Positions 1-11,500 of a stretch of DNA of 46,551 nt are shown piece after piece; the first letter of the stretch is position 1, and every line of letters begins with the position of its first letter. Source of the DNA: Octopus bimaculoides (lineage: Eukaryota). Below the pieces are notes generated by a model, which was given only the letters and a program-made list of their open reading frames with translations, was not told the DNA's origin and did no database searches. Made by a program: the position numbers and the translations under genes. The DNA lies in assembly GCF_001194135.2 (NCBI RefSeq), contig NC_069006.1, forward strand, positions 764,517 through 811,067, in the 5' to 3' direction.

Positions 1-41
<41 letters not shown>

Positions 42-88
42 AGCTGTAATATGATTATATGTATGACAAACTGTGTGTGTATATACAT

Positions 89-151
89 ATCATCATCATT
101 TAATGTCTGCTTTCCATGCTGGCATGGGTTGGACGGTGTGACTGAGGACTG
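89..151 (-). mobile_element. Very short RTE 3' end
   Basis: catcatcatttaatgtctgctttccatgctggcatgggttggacgg is the reverse complement of the RTE terminus. Confidence 0.8.
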
Positions 152-498
152 AAATATATATATATGTAAAAATAAATATGTGAGTATATATATATACATA
201 TATACACACACACACACACACATACATACATACAAATGCATGTATGTATACATAGATATACACACAGACATGTGTTTGTGTGTATGCGTGTGTGTATATA
301 TATAGAGAGAGAGAGAAAGAAAGAGAGAGATGTATATACAACACCCCCACCATCCCTACATAACCTGATATATGAATATAAAAAAGAAACTATATTCTTT
401 CCATTGTTCTTATTATGGTTGTTGTTGTTGTCAGAGTTCCTGCTGTTACCTCAGCTGATGTCTTCGGATAGCAGGCAACGTATATAATAACATACATA

Positions 499-544
<46 letters not shown>

Positions 545-705
545 CTCACATGCATTTTCATATAAGTATATGTATTCATAATTTTTATATACACATGCGT
601 ACATATGCAGAAATGCACACACACACACACACACAAACATCTATATAAACACACAAACACGCATTTTCATATATTTACAGGAAAATATAATTTATATATA
701 TATAC

Positions 706-758
<53 letters not shown>

Positions 759-1497
759 AGCACACATATGCTGAAACACACATTAACATTCAGTAGGAGC
801 AACAGAGTGACTCAAAGGCCAAGAGTTTCATGCATTAGCTTTTATCAAACAATGTGTGTGTGTATTTCATATATATATGCGTGTGCTTATACACACACAT
901 ATTTTCAAATGTGTAAGTGTGTGTGTTTGTACATCCACATAGACACACATGCATACAAACAACCATACATATGTATACACAGATATGTATACACCCACTC
1001 ACAGCAGAAACAGTTTCTATTCAACATGTAGAAGGAGAACAACAAGAACACCAACAATAACATGACAGTAGTCTGAGTGTGTGTGTGTGTGTGTGTGTGT
1101 GTGTCTGTGTGTCACTGGTATCATAAACATGAAACATGAGTTGCTTTTAGTAAAACAATCTAGTGACTGCTGCTGTTCTTTACAGCATGTTGTCTGATCA
1201 TCATCATCATCAACATTGTCATCACCATCACTGTCAACTGCAACATGATCATCACCACCATCATCATCATCATCATTGTCACCATCATTATCAAGAGTAA
1301 CACAATTCTTTGACCTTGTTTATCATTGCCTTCTGACCTCTGGCCATTTGGATATGTTTATCAAGGGTCTCTCCATCACAAGAAGCGTTTTGGCCAGGTG
1401 ATGGGTTTCAAAAGGGATTCTCCCTTTTGCTAGCATCAGCATTGGTCAATCTGCTAAAGGTCAATGGGGCTGACCTTTCTATTAAAACTAAGACATA

Positions 1498-1779
1498 AGT
1501 CGTTGCCAGTGCCGCTGGACTGGCTCCTGTGCAGGTGGCACGTAAAAAATATCATTTGAGCGTGGCCATTGCCAGTACTGCCTGACTGACCTTCGTGCCA
1601 GTGGCACATAAAAGCACCCACTCCACTCTCGGAGTGGTTGGCATTAGGAAGGGCATCCAGCTGTAGAAACTCTGCCAAATCAGATTGGAGCCTAGTGCAG
1701 CCATCTGGTTCACCAGTCCTCAGTCAAATCGTCCAACCCATGCTAGCATGGAAAGTGGACGTTAAACGATGATGATGAT
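1498..1779 (+). mobile_element. RTE 3' UTR copy
   Basis: Two gtgc(c/a)(a/g)gtggcac units, then ggagtggttggcattaggaagggcatccagctgtagaaac ... gttaaacgatgatgatgat. Confidence 0.88.
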
Positions 1780-1879
1780 TCCTCTCTCAGATTCACACAC
1801 TTATTGCAGTGGTCCCTTCACTTTTCCTAGGCCCAGTAATAAACCGAGAGATATCCTTATATGTACCATTTAATGTCCT

Positions 1880-2085
1880 CTTTTCCAGGCTTACCTATGT
1901 CAGATGGAATTTGTTGAGGTAAATTTTCTGCAGCAGGATGCCCTTCCTGTCACCAACCCACACCTGTTTTCTCAGCAAGGTAATACTTTCCCATGGCCAG
2001 TAATGTTTTTGTCACAAAAACCTGGAAGTAAACAATCTCACTTGTATGATGGTAATGCTTCATTTCCAACCATCCTGTGATGAGA
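1880..2085 (-). mobile_element. Older RTE-related 3' end family (also ~3235-3350 +, ~18195-18420 +, ~28345-28525 +, ~30970-31092 -)
   Basis: Shared core gggttgg(t/a)(g/a)acaggaagg(g/a)catc...gtagaaa..ctgcctcaa across the listed copies, with a different upstream UTR from the main RTE family. Confidence 0.6.
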
Positions 2086-2089
2086 TCAT

Positions 2090-2296
2090 GTCTAGATCAT
2101 TGCTTCGCCCCCTTTTTTTCAGATGCGACACACCTAACTTCTTTTCAAAATTCGGTGGTACACCTGAACTAAAAACATAACTAAAAGTATAGGGAGAAAA
2201 AAAATTATATTCAGATTACACTGTGGCACACCTAGCATTATCTTGTGACACATCAGTGTTCAGTGGCATCAAGGGTTGCCAAGAACTGGTCTAGAC
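2090..2296. mobile_element. hAT (Charlie-type) MITE, degenerate
   Basis: 8-bp flanking duplication gtctagat (2090-2097) / gtctagac (2289-2296) fits the NTCTAGAN hAT-Charlie target. Degenerate CA...TG termini and internal tgtggcacac/gtgacaca motifs. Confidence 0.55.
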
Positions 2297-2316
2297 AAGG
2301 ACAGACTATCACAACC

Positions 2317-2664
2317 TCATCATCATCATTTAACGTCTGTTTGTTCATGCTGGCATGGGTTGGATGGTTTGACCTGTGCTGGCATGCTGGAAGGTTGCAC
2401 CAGACACCGGTCTGATTTAGCATGGTTTTCTCTGTCTGGATGCCTTCCTAATGCCAACCACTCCAAGAGTGTAACAGGTGCTTTTACATGCCACCGGCAT
2501 GGGTGCCATTTGCGTGACACCAGTATCTGCCATGGCTGCGATTTTGCTCAGCTTGATGAGTCTTCTTCTCAAGCATGACATAATGCCAAAGGTCTCGGTC
2601 ATTGCCTCCGTGAGGCCCAACACTCAAAAGGAACTCAGCCACTTTGCCCCTGTGAGGCCCAACA
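2317..2664 (-). mobile_element. RTE 3' end including the last ORF2 codons
   Basis: Minus-strand translations LGLTEAMT and DRDLWHYVMLEKKTHQ match the C-terminus at 17520-17595 (LGPTEAMAKDRVLWRYAVTAKTRQ). The (CAT)n tail is at 2317. Confidence 0.85.
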
Positions 2665-2716
2665 CACACACACACACACACACACATACATACATATGTC
2701 TATGTAGACACATGCA

Positions 2717-2842
2717 ACCGGCTTCTTTCAGTTTCTCTCCACCAAATCCACTCACAAGGTTTTGGTTGACTCAGGGCTATAGTAGAAGGTGCCATGCAGT
2801 GGGACTAAACCTGAAACCTCAAGGCTGGGAAGCAAGCTTCTC
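2717..2842 (-). mobile_element. SINE family A, 5' part
   Basis: gcttctttcagtttc..ccaaatccactcacaagg...gtgccatgcagtgggactaaacc. Confidence 0.85.
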
Positions 2843-2925
2843 CTGGCCTCTACCAATGTGTGTGTGTATGTATGTATGCATATGTCTATATGCGTGTCTA
2901 TATCTGTATATAGCTGCGCAATTCA

Positions 2926-3052
2926 AAAGCTTGCTTACCAACCAAGTACCTGGCAAGCAGACTTTTGTAAAAATGCTTTCCGCTGTAGTCTTGGGTCTGC
3001 CAAAGCTTTGCAAGTGGATCTGGAAGACAGACCTAAAAAGGAGTCCATCGTA
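2926..3052 (+). mobile_element. SINE family A, diverged 5' part
   Basis: aagcttgcttaccaacc ... ccaaagctttgcaagtggatctgg. Confidence 0.65.
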
Positions 3053-3532
3053 GACACCACACCAAACGTGTGCGCCTGTGTATATAAGCGTGTATATATC
3101 AACAGTGTGTGTTCACGTGTTTGTGTACATCTGTGCTTGCTTACTAGAATGTTATGATGTAGAAGCTGTGTTGTTGCTGTTGGCATTTCTCCTGCCAAAT
3201 AAATTGTCTGCTAGCTGTGTGCCATCAAAGCTAAAGAGAAATAGGAAATCCCTTACTTGGAAAACAGGTAAGGGTTAGCATCAGGAAGAGCATCCAGCTG
3301 TAAAGCAATGTCTCAACTTAGATATTTGTTTAACCTAGGCTAGCCTGGTAAAATGGAGGAAGAACAAATAAATGAACAGATATCCACACAAACACATCTA
3401 TATACATATATATATATATAAACATACACACACATTCATATAATCAATACCAGTATGAAAAAGTGAATACAAAATAAATGAATTGTAATATTCACCGACC
3501 CACCCACATATATACATACCTCTACATATGTG

Positions 3533-3583
<51 letters not shown>

Positions 3584-3676
3584 TACATATACATAGCTCT
3601 CTATACATTATACACATATGCACATCCACACATATCTATACATATATAATTCTATATATTTTATACATATACACAC

Positions 3677-3730
<54 letters not shown>

Positions 3731-4870
3731 ATTTTGTACATACCTCTCTATAATATACACATTAGAAATGTGTGTGTGTGTGTGTGTGTACATACTGACA
3801 CACCCACAAACAAACATCTTAACTATTTTCCAAAAGTGATGATAACCACAGCCTCTCATTATATCTTTTATAATAATAATAATCCAAGACAAGAGATGAA
3901 ACAATGTTTCTGCTTTCTGATTGGATAATAAAACTCTTCACTTTACTCCTTCTTCTTCATTCTTTCTTTCTTGTTTTTTTTTACATTCTTAATACCTCAA
4001 TTTCAAAAAAAAAAAAAAACCTCATAAAAAAAAAGAGAAAAAAAAAGAAGAAAACTTCTGCTTCCTTCTTTTCAATACAAAACTTTGCTTTATTTTGCTT
4101 GCCTCTTTGTTAGTCGTTGTTGCTGTTGTTGTTGTTGCAGAATTCAAGTTTCTTTCTTTCTAAATTTTATTTCGAAATTCCTTGTTCATATATTGTTTTT
4201 CAAAAAAAATACATATTCATTTATTTATTTATTAGCTAAAGAATTTCAGAATCATCTTCACATANNNNNNNNNNNNNNNNNNNNNNNNNNNNNNNNNNNN
4301 NNNNNNNNNNNNNNNNNNNNNNNNNNNNNNNNNNNNNNNNNNNNNNNNNNNNNNNNNNNNNNNNNNNNNNNNNNNNNNNNNNNNNNNNNNNNNNNNNNNN
4401 NNNNNNNNNNNNNNNNNNNNNNNNNNNNNNNNNNNNNNNNNNNNNNNNNNNNNNNNNNNNNNNNNNNNNNNNNNNNNNNNNNNNNNNNNNNNNNNNNNNN
4501 NNNNNNNNNNNNNNNNNNNNNNNNNNNNNNNNNNNNNNNNNNNNNNNNNNNNNNNNNNNNNNNNNNNNNNNNNNNNNNNNNNNNNNNNNNNNNTATTATT
4601 CTAAAATTTTTGAATAGTGAGTGTTTGTTTCTACCAAAAAAAATTTGAAATAATGATTTTCTTTTTACGAACATAAGCACAAGGCCACCACCACAAATTG
4701 TTTCGGAGAAGAAGAAGAAAGGAGATAAAGCAAGGGTTAGGGAGATTATGGGGCACGTCGGGTGTAGGGTCGATTATATTGACTACCGATTCCACTAACA
4801 GATGGGTTGGAATGCCACGGTTTTCTATTGACTCCTACCTCCTGCACTAATATTTCAATGAGTCTAAAGT

Positions 4871-5024
4871 TTGGCCAAATGGTTCAGAAGTTTGCTTCTG
4901 AACCATGTGGTTTCAGGTTCAGTTCTACTGCACAGAACTCTGGACCAGTGTCTTCTACAAGAGACCTGGGCCAATTGATGCCTTGAGAGTGAATTTGATT
5001 GATGGGAAACAGTTTGGAAACTTC
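4871..5024 (+). mobile_element. SINE family A, diverged, abutting a mariner MITE
   Basis: gaagtttgcttctgaaccatgtggtttcaggttcagttc ... ccagtgtcttctac ... gccttgagagtgaatttg. Confidence 0.7.
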
Positions 5025-5242
5025 TATGAGATGTTGAAAAGTTCCTGGCTTTGGGTCAAAAAGAAAATACAGGAGAATCAATCAACCATGATTTTATCCA
5101 ACCTATTCCCCTCTCACATTCACACACTCAGTAAGTGGTCCTTCAGTTTTTCTAAGCCCTGTAAAAGAACTTGGAAGGTTGGGCCTCCAACCAAGCCTTT
5201 TATGATACCCTTAAAGCCAAGACATTTTTAGTACCTCCTCAT
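5025..5242 (-). mobile_element. Mariner-derived MITE
   Basis: Imperfect TIRs (tatgagatgttgaaaagttcctggcttt / aaagccaagacatttttagtacctcctcat). The minus strand retains a decayed mariner transposase C-terminus (FYR-LEKLKDH..CVNVRGE.V type). A second copy starts at 46425. Confidence 0.75.
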
Positions 5243-5299
5243 GTGTGTGTATACATACACACACACATATATATACTAGACATAAATTTCATAAACTTC

Positions 5300-5742
5300 A
5301 AAATATAAATATCCACACCACCACACTCAGAGTTATAACTCTTATCTCGATTTGAATGTCATGGAGGTATTTAGAATGGCCAAACCTATTTCTGCAAATG
5401 TGCTAAGCACTGATGCTGATTATAGTTTAACCAATAGGCATAGGAGTGAGGTAAATGCAGTGAAAATAAGGGGATCAGTGGGGCCCCATTTAAGCAGCCT
5501 TTCAGAAATTGAACCTCCTTACGATACTCCCTAGGAGTTCATGGCATGAAATTCATTGTCATTGCTCCGATTTGGTCCAAAATAAGGGGGTCAGTGAGAC
5601 CCCAATTAGGCAACCTTATGACATTCCCTGGGATTAGGGGAGTTGCTGGTTTGAGTTTTGTTGTCCTTGCATCAATTGTCCAGGAGGAGTTAACAAACAT
5701 AAATGTGTAACAGACAGAGAAACATCACTCAAATTTATAATA

Positions 5743-5746
<4 letters not shown>
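5300..5746 (+). mobile_element. Putative Helitron/HINE-like non-autonomous element
   Basis: Two internal direct repeats (aaaataagggg.tcagtg.g.cccca.tta.gca.cc at 5463 and 5579), then acagacagagaaac and the end tttataataggat. The layout resembles core-repeat plus GACA-microsatellite elements. Confidence 0.4.
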
Positions 5747-5783
<37 letters not shown>

Positions 5784-5785
5784 CA

Positions 5786-6062
5786 CATGAGGGGTGTCTG
5801 AAAAGTTTTGAGCCTAACCTAGAATCAGGACTGCTATATAGTTGAAACAATTTTTTCTGGTAAGTACAGTCTTTTCGGAGTATTCTTGCTCATTTTCATG
5901 ATTCTGATATTTTAATTTTTTTTTTGTTGCCGATTTTTGAATAAACAATCTTTGAATTTACAAGGAAAATGGAGAAAACTGAGTATCGTGCTGTCATAAA
6001 GTAGCTTCATTTGAAAGGCATGACTCCATCAGAAATCCATGAAGATATGGTGAGATCCTTAA
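5786..6062 (+). mobile_element. Mariner transposon 5' end with a dead transposase N-terminus
   Basis: TIR-like catgaggggtgtctgaaaagttttgagcct. The ATG at 5969 gives MEKTEYRAVIK*LHLKGMTPSEIHEDMVRSL, a typical mariner HTH N-terminus with a nonsense mutation. Confidence 0.85.
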
Positions 6063-6235
6063 CACACAAACACAATACACACACANNNNNNNNNNNNNNN
6101 NNNNNNNNNNNNNNNNNNNNNNNNNNNNNNNNNNNNNNNNNNNNNNNNNNNNNNNNNNNNNNNNNNNNNNNNNNNNNNNNNNNNNNNNNNNNNNNNNNNN
6201 NNNNNNNNNNNNNNNNNNNNNNNNNNNNNNNNATA

Positions 6236-7000
6236 ATTCTCATTCCAGTCGTTAGGTTGCAGGCCATGCTGGGGCACTGCCTTGAAGAATTTTTAGTTGA
6301 ATGAATCAATCCTAGCACTCGTCTTTCTTTTTTAAAGCCTGGTACTTATTCTATCGGTGTCTTTTGCCAGTCTGCTAAGTCACAGGGACATAAACACACC
6401 AACACTGGTTGTCATGTTGTGAGGGGAGCGCAAACACAAAAACTCACACACACATACATATACACGATGGGCTTCTTTCAGTTTCCGTCTATGAAATCCA
6501 CTCACAAAGGCCTCGGTCAGCCTGAGACTAGAATATATATATATATATATCTATATATATGACGGGCTTCTTTTAGTTTCCATCAATCCAATCGTGTTAC
6601 AAGACTTTGGTCAGCCCAAGACTATAGTGGAAGACACTTGCTCAAAGTATTATGCAGTGGGACTGAACCCAGAACCATGTGGTTGGCAAGCAAGCTTCAT
6701 ACCACACAGCTGTGCCTGCACTTATATATATATATATTTTAACCATCACCATCAGTGGGATTGAACCCAGAACCATGTGGTTGGGAGGCAAGCTTCTTAC
6801 CACACAGACACGCCTATGCCTATTGTAGAAGTATGACCAATTTATTGAACATAAACTTTATAACAAAATCTTATATGGACCCCGAAGGGCCAGACGGGCC
6901 TTGGTTGAAAACCACTGTTCTAAAGTACTGTCAATGGATTTGAACCTGGAACTGCATTGTTACAAAGTCAAATTCCTTACCACACAGCCACGCCTGAGCA
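6236..7000 (-). mobile_element. Cluster of SINE family A pieces (body 6236-6530, 5' half 6561-6721, heads ~6753-6820 and ~6935-7000)
   Basis: Repeated gaacccagaaccatgtggttgg..agcaagcttc.taccacacag heads and the 3' domain ggccatgctggggcactgcc. Confidence 0.85.
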
Positions 7001-7281
7001 TCTCTGTTAGAAACATGTTATTTTAGTTATGCTTTTTTTCTTCTTATTTTTTGTTTTGTCTTTATTGCTTTTCTTTTCTGTCCCCAAAATAATAGATATA
7101 AAATGCAACAAACACATCAAAAAAATTAATTGTTTGGGGGGTGGGTTGTTGGAGGTGGGGCAGAGGGTGGGGATTCAAATGTTTTTAAAAAAAATTTTCT
7201 CAGTTTATATATTAATTTATTTTAATCAACTATTAATTAAAAATCATTTCCTTGGTTATATGCAAGAATATGCGTCGGTAT

Positions 7282-7320
<39 letters not shown>

Positions 7321-7584
7321 AACAAAATTTACGTGCATGTGTATACACACACACACACATGTATATATACATACTTCGATATTTCGGTGTATACGTCTAT
7401 ACGTACATGTGGGCATATATATATGTGTGCATACATAAGTGGACGAGTGTATGCTCCTATATGTATATGCTTGTGTGTCTATATATACATGTATGTGTGT
7501 GCATATGCATATGTAAGTGTGCATGTGTTTGCCTCTTATGTGTACACATGTATGTGTAAATATATATATATGTGTGTGTATATA

Positions 7585-7623
<39 letters not shown>

Positions 7624-7722
7624 GTGTGTGTATATATATATGTATATATATATATATATATACACACACACATGCATGTTTGCTTGCATGTGTCTCCCTC
7701 TCTCTGCTATTATACACATACG

Positions 7723-7766
<44 letters not shown>

Positions 7767-8360
7767 TATACAAAGAGAGATACAGAGAGTTAGGGAGACA
7801 GCAGAGTGTATGCGTGTGTGCATGTGTGTGTATTGTATGCATGGTGTCAGAGACTATATATACGCATGCATGCATGTATGTATGTTTCCTTCTAAACAAC
7901 GAACAAACGCAATCAAGGGAAATACTCTCCACACCACTTAATTAACATGTAAAGAGAAAATATCTTCTAACGACCAGCATGAAAAGATATTGTTGTTGAT
8001 GTCGTCGATGATGATAATGATGATGATGATGGTGTTGCTGTTGTTGCTGATACTGGGGTGGTTGTTTTGGGTAGTAATGTGCAGGGTGGAGAATCGGTAC
8101 AGGGGTGGAAGCAACTGTTTTCAAAGAGACAGTTTATTTGATCAACAAAATTACAAAACACAGTCTTTTTTATATTTGTTTAATTCTTTGTTTTTATTTC
8201 TTAATTTATTCTTGTTTTCTTTTTGTTTGGTTTTATTTATTGTTCTTGGTTAAAAAAATTTTTTAAATTAATACACAATGGAAAGTCCTGTGAGGAAAAA
8301 ACAGCTCAGAGCAGTTAGAGTGGAGGGCAAAAGGCTTTGTTTAATTTGTTACGGCTCTTT

Positions 8361-8745
8361 TACATTCTGAGTTCAAATCCACCGAGACAAGTTTTTGCCT
8401 TTCATCTTTCCTGGGTCGATAAAATAAAGTACCAGTCACGTACTGGGTTCATTATAATTATGCATTTAACTAACATGCACTTCCACCAAATTTTGGGCCT
8501 TCTGCTTAAATAATGTTAAGAATTTAGTGGCAAGTTGGCAGAAATGTTAGCACACTGAGTGAAATGCTTAATGGTATTTCGTCTGTTTTTACATCCGGAG
8601 TTCAAATTCCGCTGAGGTTGACTTTGCCTTTCATCCTTTCGGGGTCAATAAATTAAGTACAAGTTGTGTACTGGGGTCGATCTAATCGACTGGCCCCCTT
8701 CCACCAAATTTCAGGCCTTGTGCCTAGAGTAGAAAGGATTATTAT
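8361..8745 (+). mobile_element. Two SINE family B copies (~8361-8500 partial, ~8527-8745 full)
   Basis: tRNA-like head ggcaagttggcagaaatgttagcac, B-box gagttcaaattcc, core gactttgcctttcatcctttcggggtcaataaattaagtac, (att)n tail. Confidence 0.88.
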
Positions 8746-8825
8746 TATTAATTATAAGGCATTTATATGCACCCCAGTATAGTGGAGATAATCTTACTTC
8801 TCCCTCTCTCGATATATATATATAT

Positions 8826-9051
8826 CGTTGGTCTTCATGGAGGCAATGTAACTGATGCTGGTGTCATGTAACTACAACATAAAAAGCACCCGTTACACTC
8901 TGGGAGTGGTTGACATCAGGAAGGGCATCCTACTGTAGAAACCATACCAGATCAGACTGGAGTCTGGGAATCTGGTGTAGCCCTTCAGCTTACCAGCCCT
9001 GGTCAAACTGTCCAACCCATTCCAGCATGGACATCAAATGATGATGATGAT
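8826..9051 (+). mobile_element. RTE 3' UTR copy
   Basis: aaaaagcacccgttacactctgggagtggttgacatcaggaagggcatcc ... tccaacccattccagcatgg ... (gat)n. Confidence 0.8.
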
Positions 9052-9259
9052 AAGGCAGCGAGCTGGAAGAATCGTTAGCACACTGGGCGAAATGCTTAGC
9101 ACCATTTCATGTGTCTTTACATTCTGAATTCAAATTCCAACAAGGTCTTTGCCTTTCATCCTTTCAGGGTCAATAAATCAAGTACCAGTTATGCACTGGG
9201 GTCGATATAATTGACTAGTTCCCTTCCAGGCTTTGTGCTGTTAGTAGAAAGGATTATTA
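9052..9259 (+). mobile_element. SINE family B
   Basis: aaggcagcgagctggaagaatcgttagcac ... gcctttcatcctttcagggtcaataaatcaagtaccag ... agaaaggattatta. Confidence 0.88.
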
Positions 9260-9620
9260 CCTCTGCCCCTTCACGAAGGCAGAGGTATTGTTTTCAGTTG
9301 CATTTGTTTGTCCATGGACAAGATATCCCAAGAAGCACTGGATGGATTCAGATGAAACTTTCAGGGATGTTTGGCCTCATGACTGGCACAAACTGATTAG
9401 ATTTTGGAATCGATCCAGTACCAAACAAAGATTCAGGATTATTTTTCTGGCTTTTTTACTTAATTTTTGAGAGTGGTCGGGTTCATTTTTAGTATTCTCA
9501 TTTGTGAGAGCAGTCGAGTTTATTTCAGATATTCTCGTTCTAAAAATCATCTCTGGCCAATCGTTGAGAGGACGTTGGTGTTGCCTTGGCAGAGGTTTGC
9601 GCTCTCCGAGTGCTCTTATT
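9254..9620 (+). mobile_element. Helentron-associated non-autonomous element (HINE/DINE-1-like)
   Basis: 5' subTIR tacctctgcc (9258-9267) with its inverted copy ggcagaggta (9278-9287). 3' subTIR ggcagaggt (9588-9596) is followed by the hairpin gcgctc-tcc-gagtgc and a T-rich end. It is inserted in a TT-rich site. Confidence 0.75.
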
Positions 9621-10173
9621 ATTATCATCATCATCATTATCACTATTATTATAGGCAACAGACTGGCAGGAAAGTTAAAATATCTAACAAGATGCCTTGC
9701 AGTTTATAATAAGCTCTAGAGATCTTTATGCACTGAGTTCAAGCCCAGCCAAATTCAGAAATACCTTTCATTCTTCAGGGGGTCAGTGAAAACAGAAGCT
9801 GTGTTTTAATCAAAGGAGACTTCCATTCTGAACCAATAAATGAATAAATAAAAGTAAAGAATTTTATTGTCACAATTTCTTATTTAGATAAAATGTATCT
9901 TTGGAAATGGTTGCTTCCATCCATGTCGGGAAAAGTCACAATGAGGTTTTCTGCTATGTTTCAGTCACGGTGATGCTGATGGTGATGATGATGATGATGA
10001 TGGTGATTGTGGTAGTAGTGATGAAGGTGATGATGATGATAATGGTGGTGGTGATGAGGATGGTGGTGGTGGTAGTGATGATGGTGATCATGGTGGTGGT
10101 GATGGTGGTAATGATGATGATGATGATAACAATGATGGTGGTAGTGATGATGACAACAACAACAATAACAACA

Positions 10174-10205
<32 letters not shown>

Positions 10206-10428
10206 ATGGAAAGAAGAGACAAACTGAACTGATTTGAATATTAATCTGGAGGAAAAAAAAATGAATTTGAAATTGATCGAAACAGAAGCAGATATTGAAC
10301 TGGAAATAAATAAAATAAATTCAGAAAATCAAGAAAAAAAAAAGATAAAAGGAACAATAAAAACAACAACAAAATAGCAACAAAAAAACCCCCATTCCCC
10401 TCCCCCCTAAAATGCAAATTCTGCTGAC

Positions 10429-10531
10429 CTTAGACGACATTTATCGCCATATTTGTTACTGTTTGGTTGGTAAGAGGTGTCTTCACATTGTTCACAGTAT
10501 CGTCCATCAGCACATTCTCTCATTTCATGTC
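10429..10531 (-). CDS. Internal coding exon of a TNF-receptor-superfamily-like protein (part of cysteine-rich domains)
   Basis: Strong acceptor ctctttctttctctttttgcag| and donor AAG|gtcagc. Only one frame is open (phase 1 to 2): (G)HEMRECADGRYCEQCEDTSYQPNSNKYGDKCRL(R/S). The C-x2-C-x4-Y-x4-N-x5-C spacing resembles TNFR CRDs of the CD40/LTBR/RANK type (recognised from memory, not searched). Confidence 0.65.
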
Positions 10532-10605
10532 CTGCAAAAAGAGAAAGAAAGAGTAAGAGACGATGAGAGAGTGAGTTTTAGTGGGAGAATCAAAACTGAA
10601 GGAGA

Positions 10606-10667
<62 letters not shown>

Positions 10668-11288
10668 NNNNNNNNNNNNNNNNNNNNNNNNNNNNNNNNN
10701 NNNNNNNNNNNNNNNNNNNNNNNNNNNNNNNNNNNNNNNNNNNNNNNNNNNNNNNNNNNNNNNNNNNNNNNNNNNNNNNNNNNNNNNNNNNNNNNNNNNN
10801 NNNNNNNNNNNNNNNNNNNNNNNNNNNNNNNNNNNNNNNNNNNNNNNNNNNNNNNNNNNNNNNNNNNNNNNNNNNNNNNNNNNNNNNNNNNNNNNNNNNN
10901 NNNNNNNNNNNNNNNNNNNNNNNNNNNNNNNNNNNNNNNNNNNNNNNNNNNNNNNNNNNNNNNNNNNNNNNNNNNNNNNNNNNNNNNNNNNNNNNNNNNN
11001 NNNNNNNNNNNNNNNNNNNNNNNNNNNNNNNNNNNNNNNNNNNNNNNNNNNNNNNNNNNNNNNNNNNNNNNNNNNNNNNNNNNNNNNNNNGATTGTGTAT
11101 GTACATGAGCTTGCATGTGTGTGTGTGTGTGTGCATGCATGTGTTTGTGTGTGTGTGTGTGTCTGTGTGTGAAGGTCATAGAGAATGAATTGCTTTTTTT
11201 TTTCACTGTGAAAGAAAACTGAATGAGAAATCATTGACATGTGTTTCTATGTACGAGTGAGCATGCATGTGTGTGTGAGGCACATGCC

Positions 11289-11330
<42 letters not shown>

Positions 11331-11331
11331 A

Positions 11332-11500
11332 GGGAGCAAGTCAATTACTTCCACCCCAGTACGCGACTGGTACTTTATTTTACTGACCCTGAAAGAATAA
11401 AAGGCAAAGCTGAACTCGGTGGGATTAGAACTCAGAACATAAAGAGCTGCAAGAAATACCATTCTGACAGCATTCTGACAGTGCTCTAATGATTCTGCAA
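11332..11500 (-). mobile_element. SINE family B
   Basis: ccccagtacgcgactggtacttta...gaaagaataaaaggcaaagctgaactcggtgggattagaactcagaac. Confidence 0.8.

Noticed and set aside
7029-7945. Long ORFs rich in YI/CV/HT dipeptides (also 14-16 kb, 19.6-21.4 kb, 38-39.7 kb, 45.2-45.6 kb)
   Set aside because: These are stop-free translations of (TA)n/(TG)n/(CA)n microsatellites.
10230-10320. Two strong minus-strand acceptors just downstream of the TNFR-like exon
   Set aside because: Neither is followed by a Cys-containing continuation or a good donor, and they may simply reflect A-rich tracts.
10412-11240. ORFs of 170-290 aa spanning gaps (also at 4.1, 16.0, 27.3, 38 and 42.5 kb)
   Set aside because: Their length comes from N-runs translated as X.
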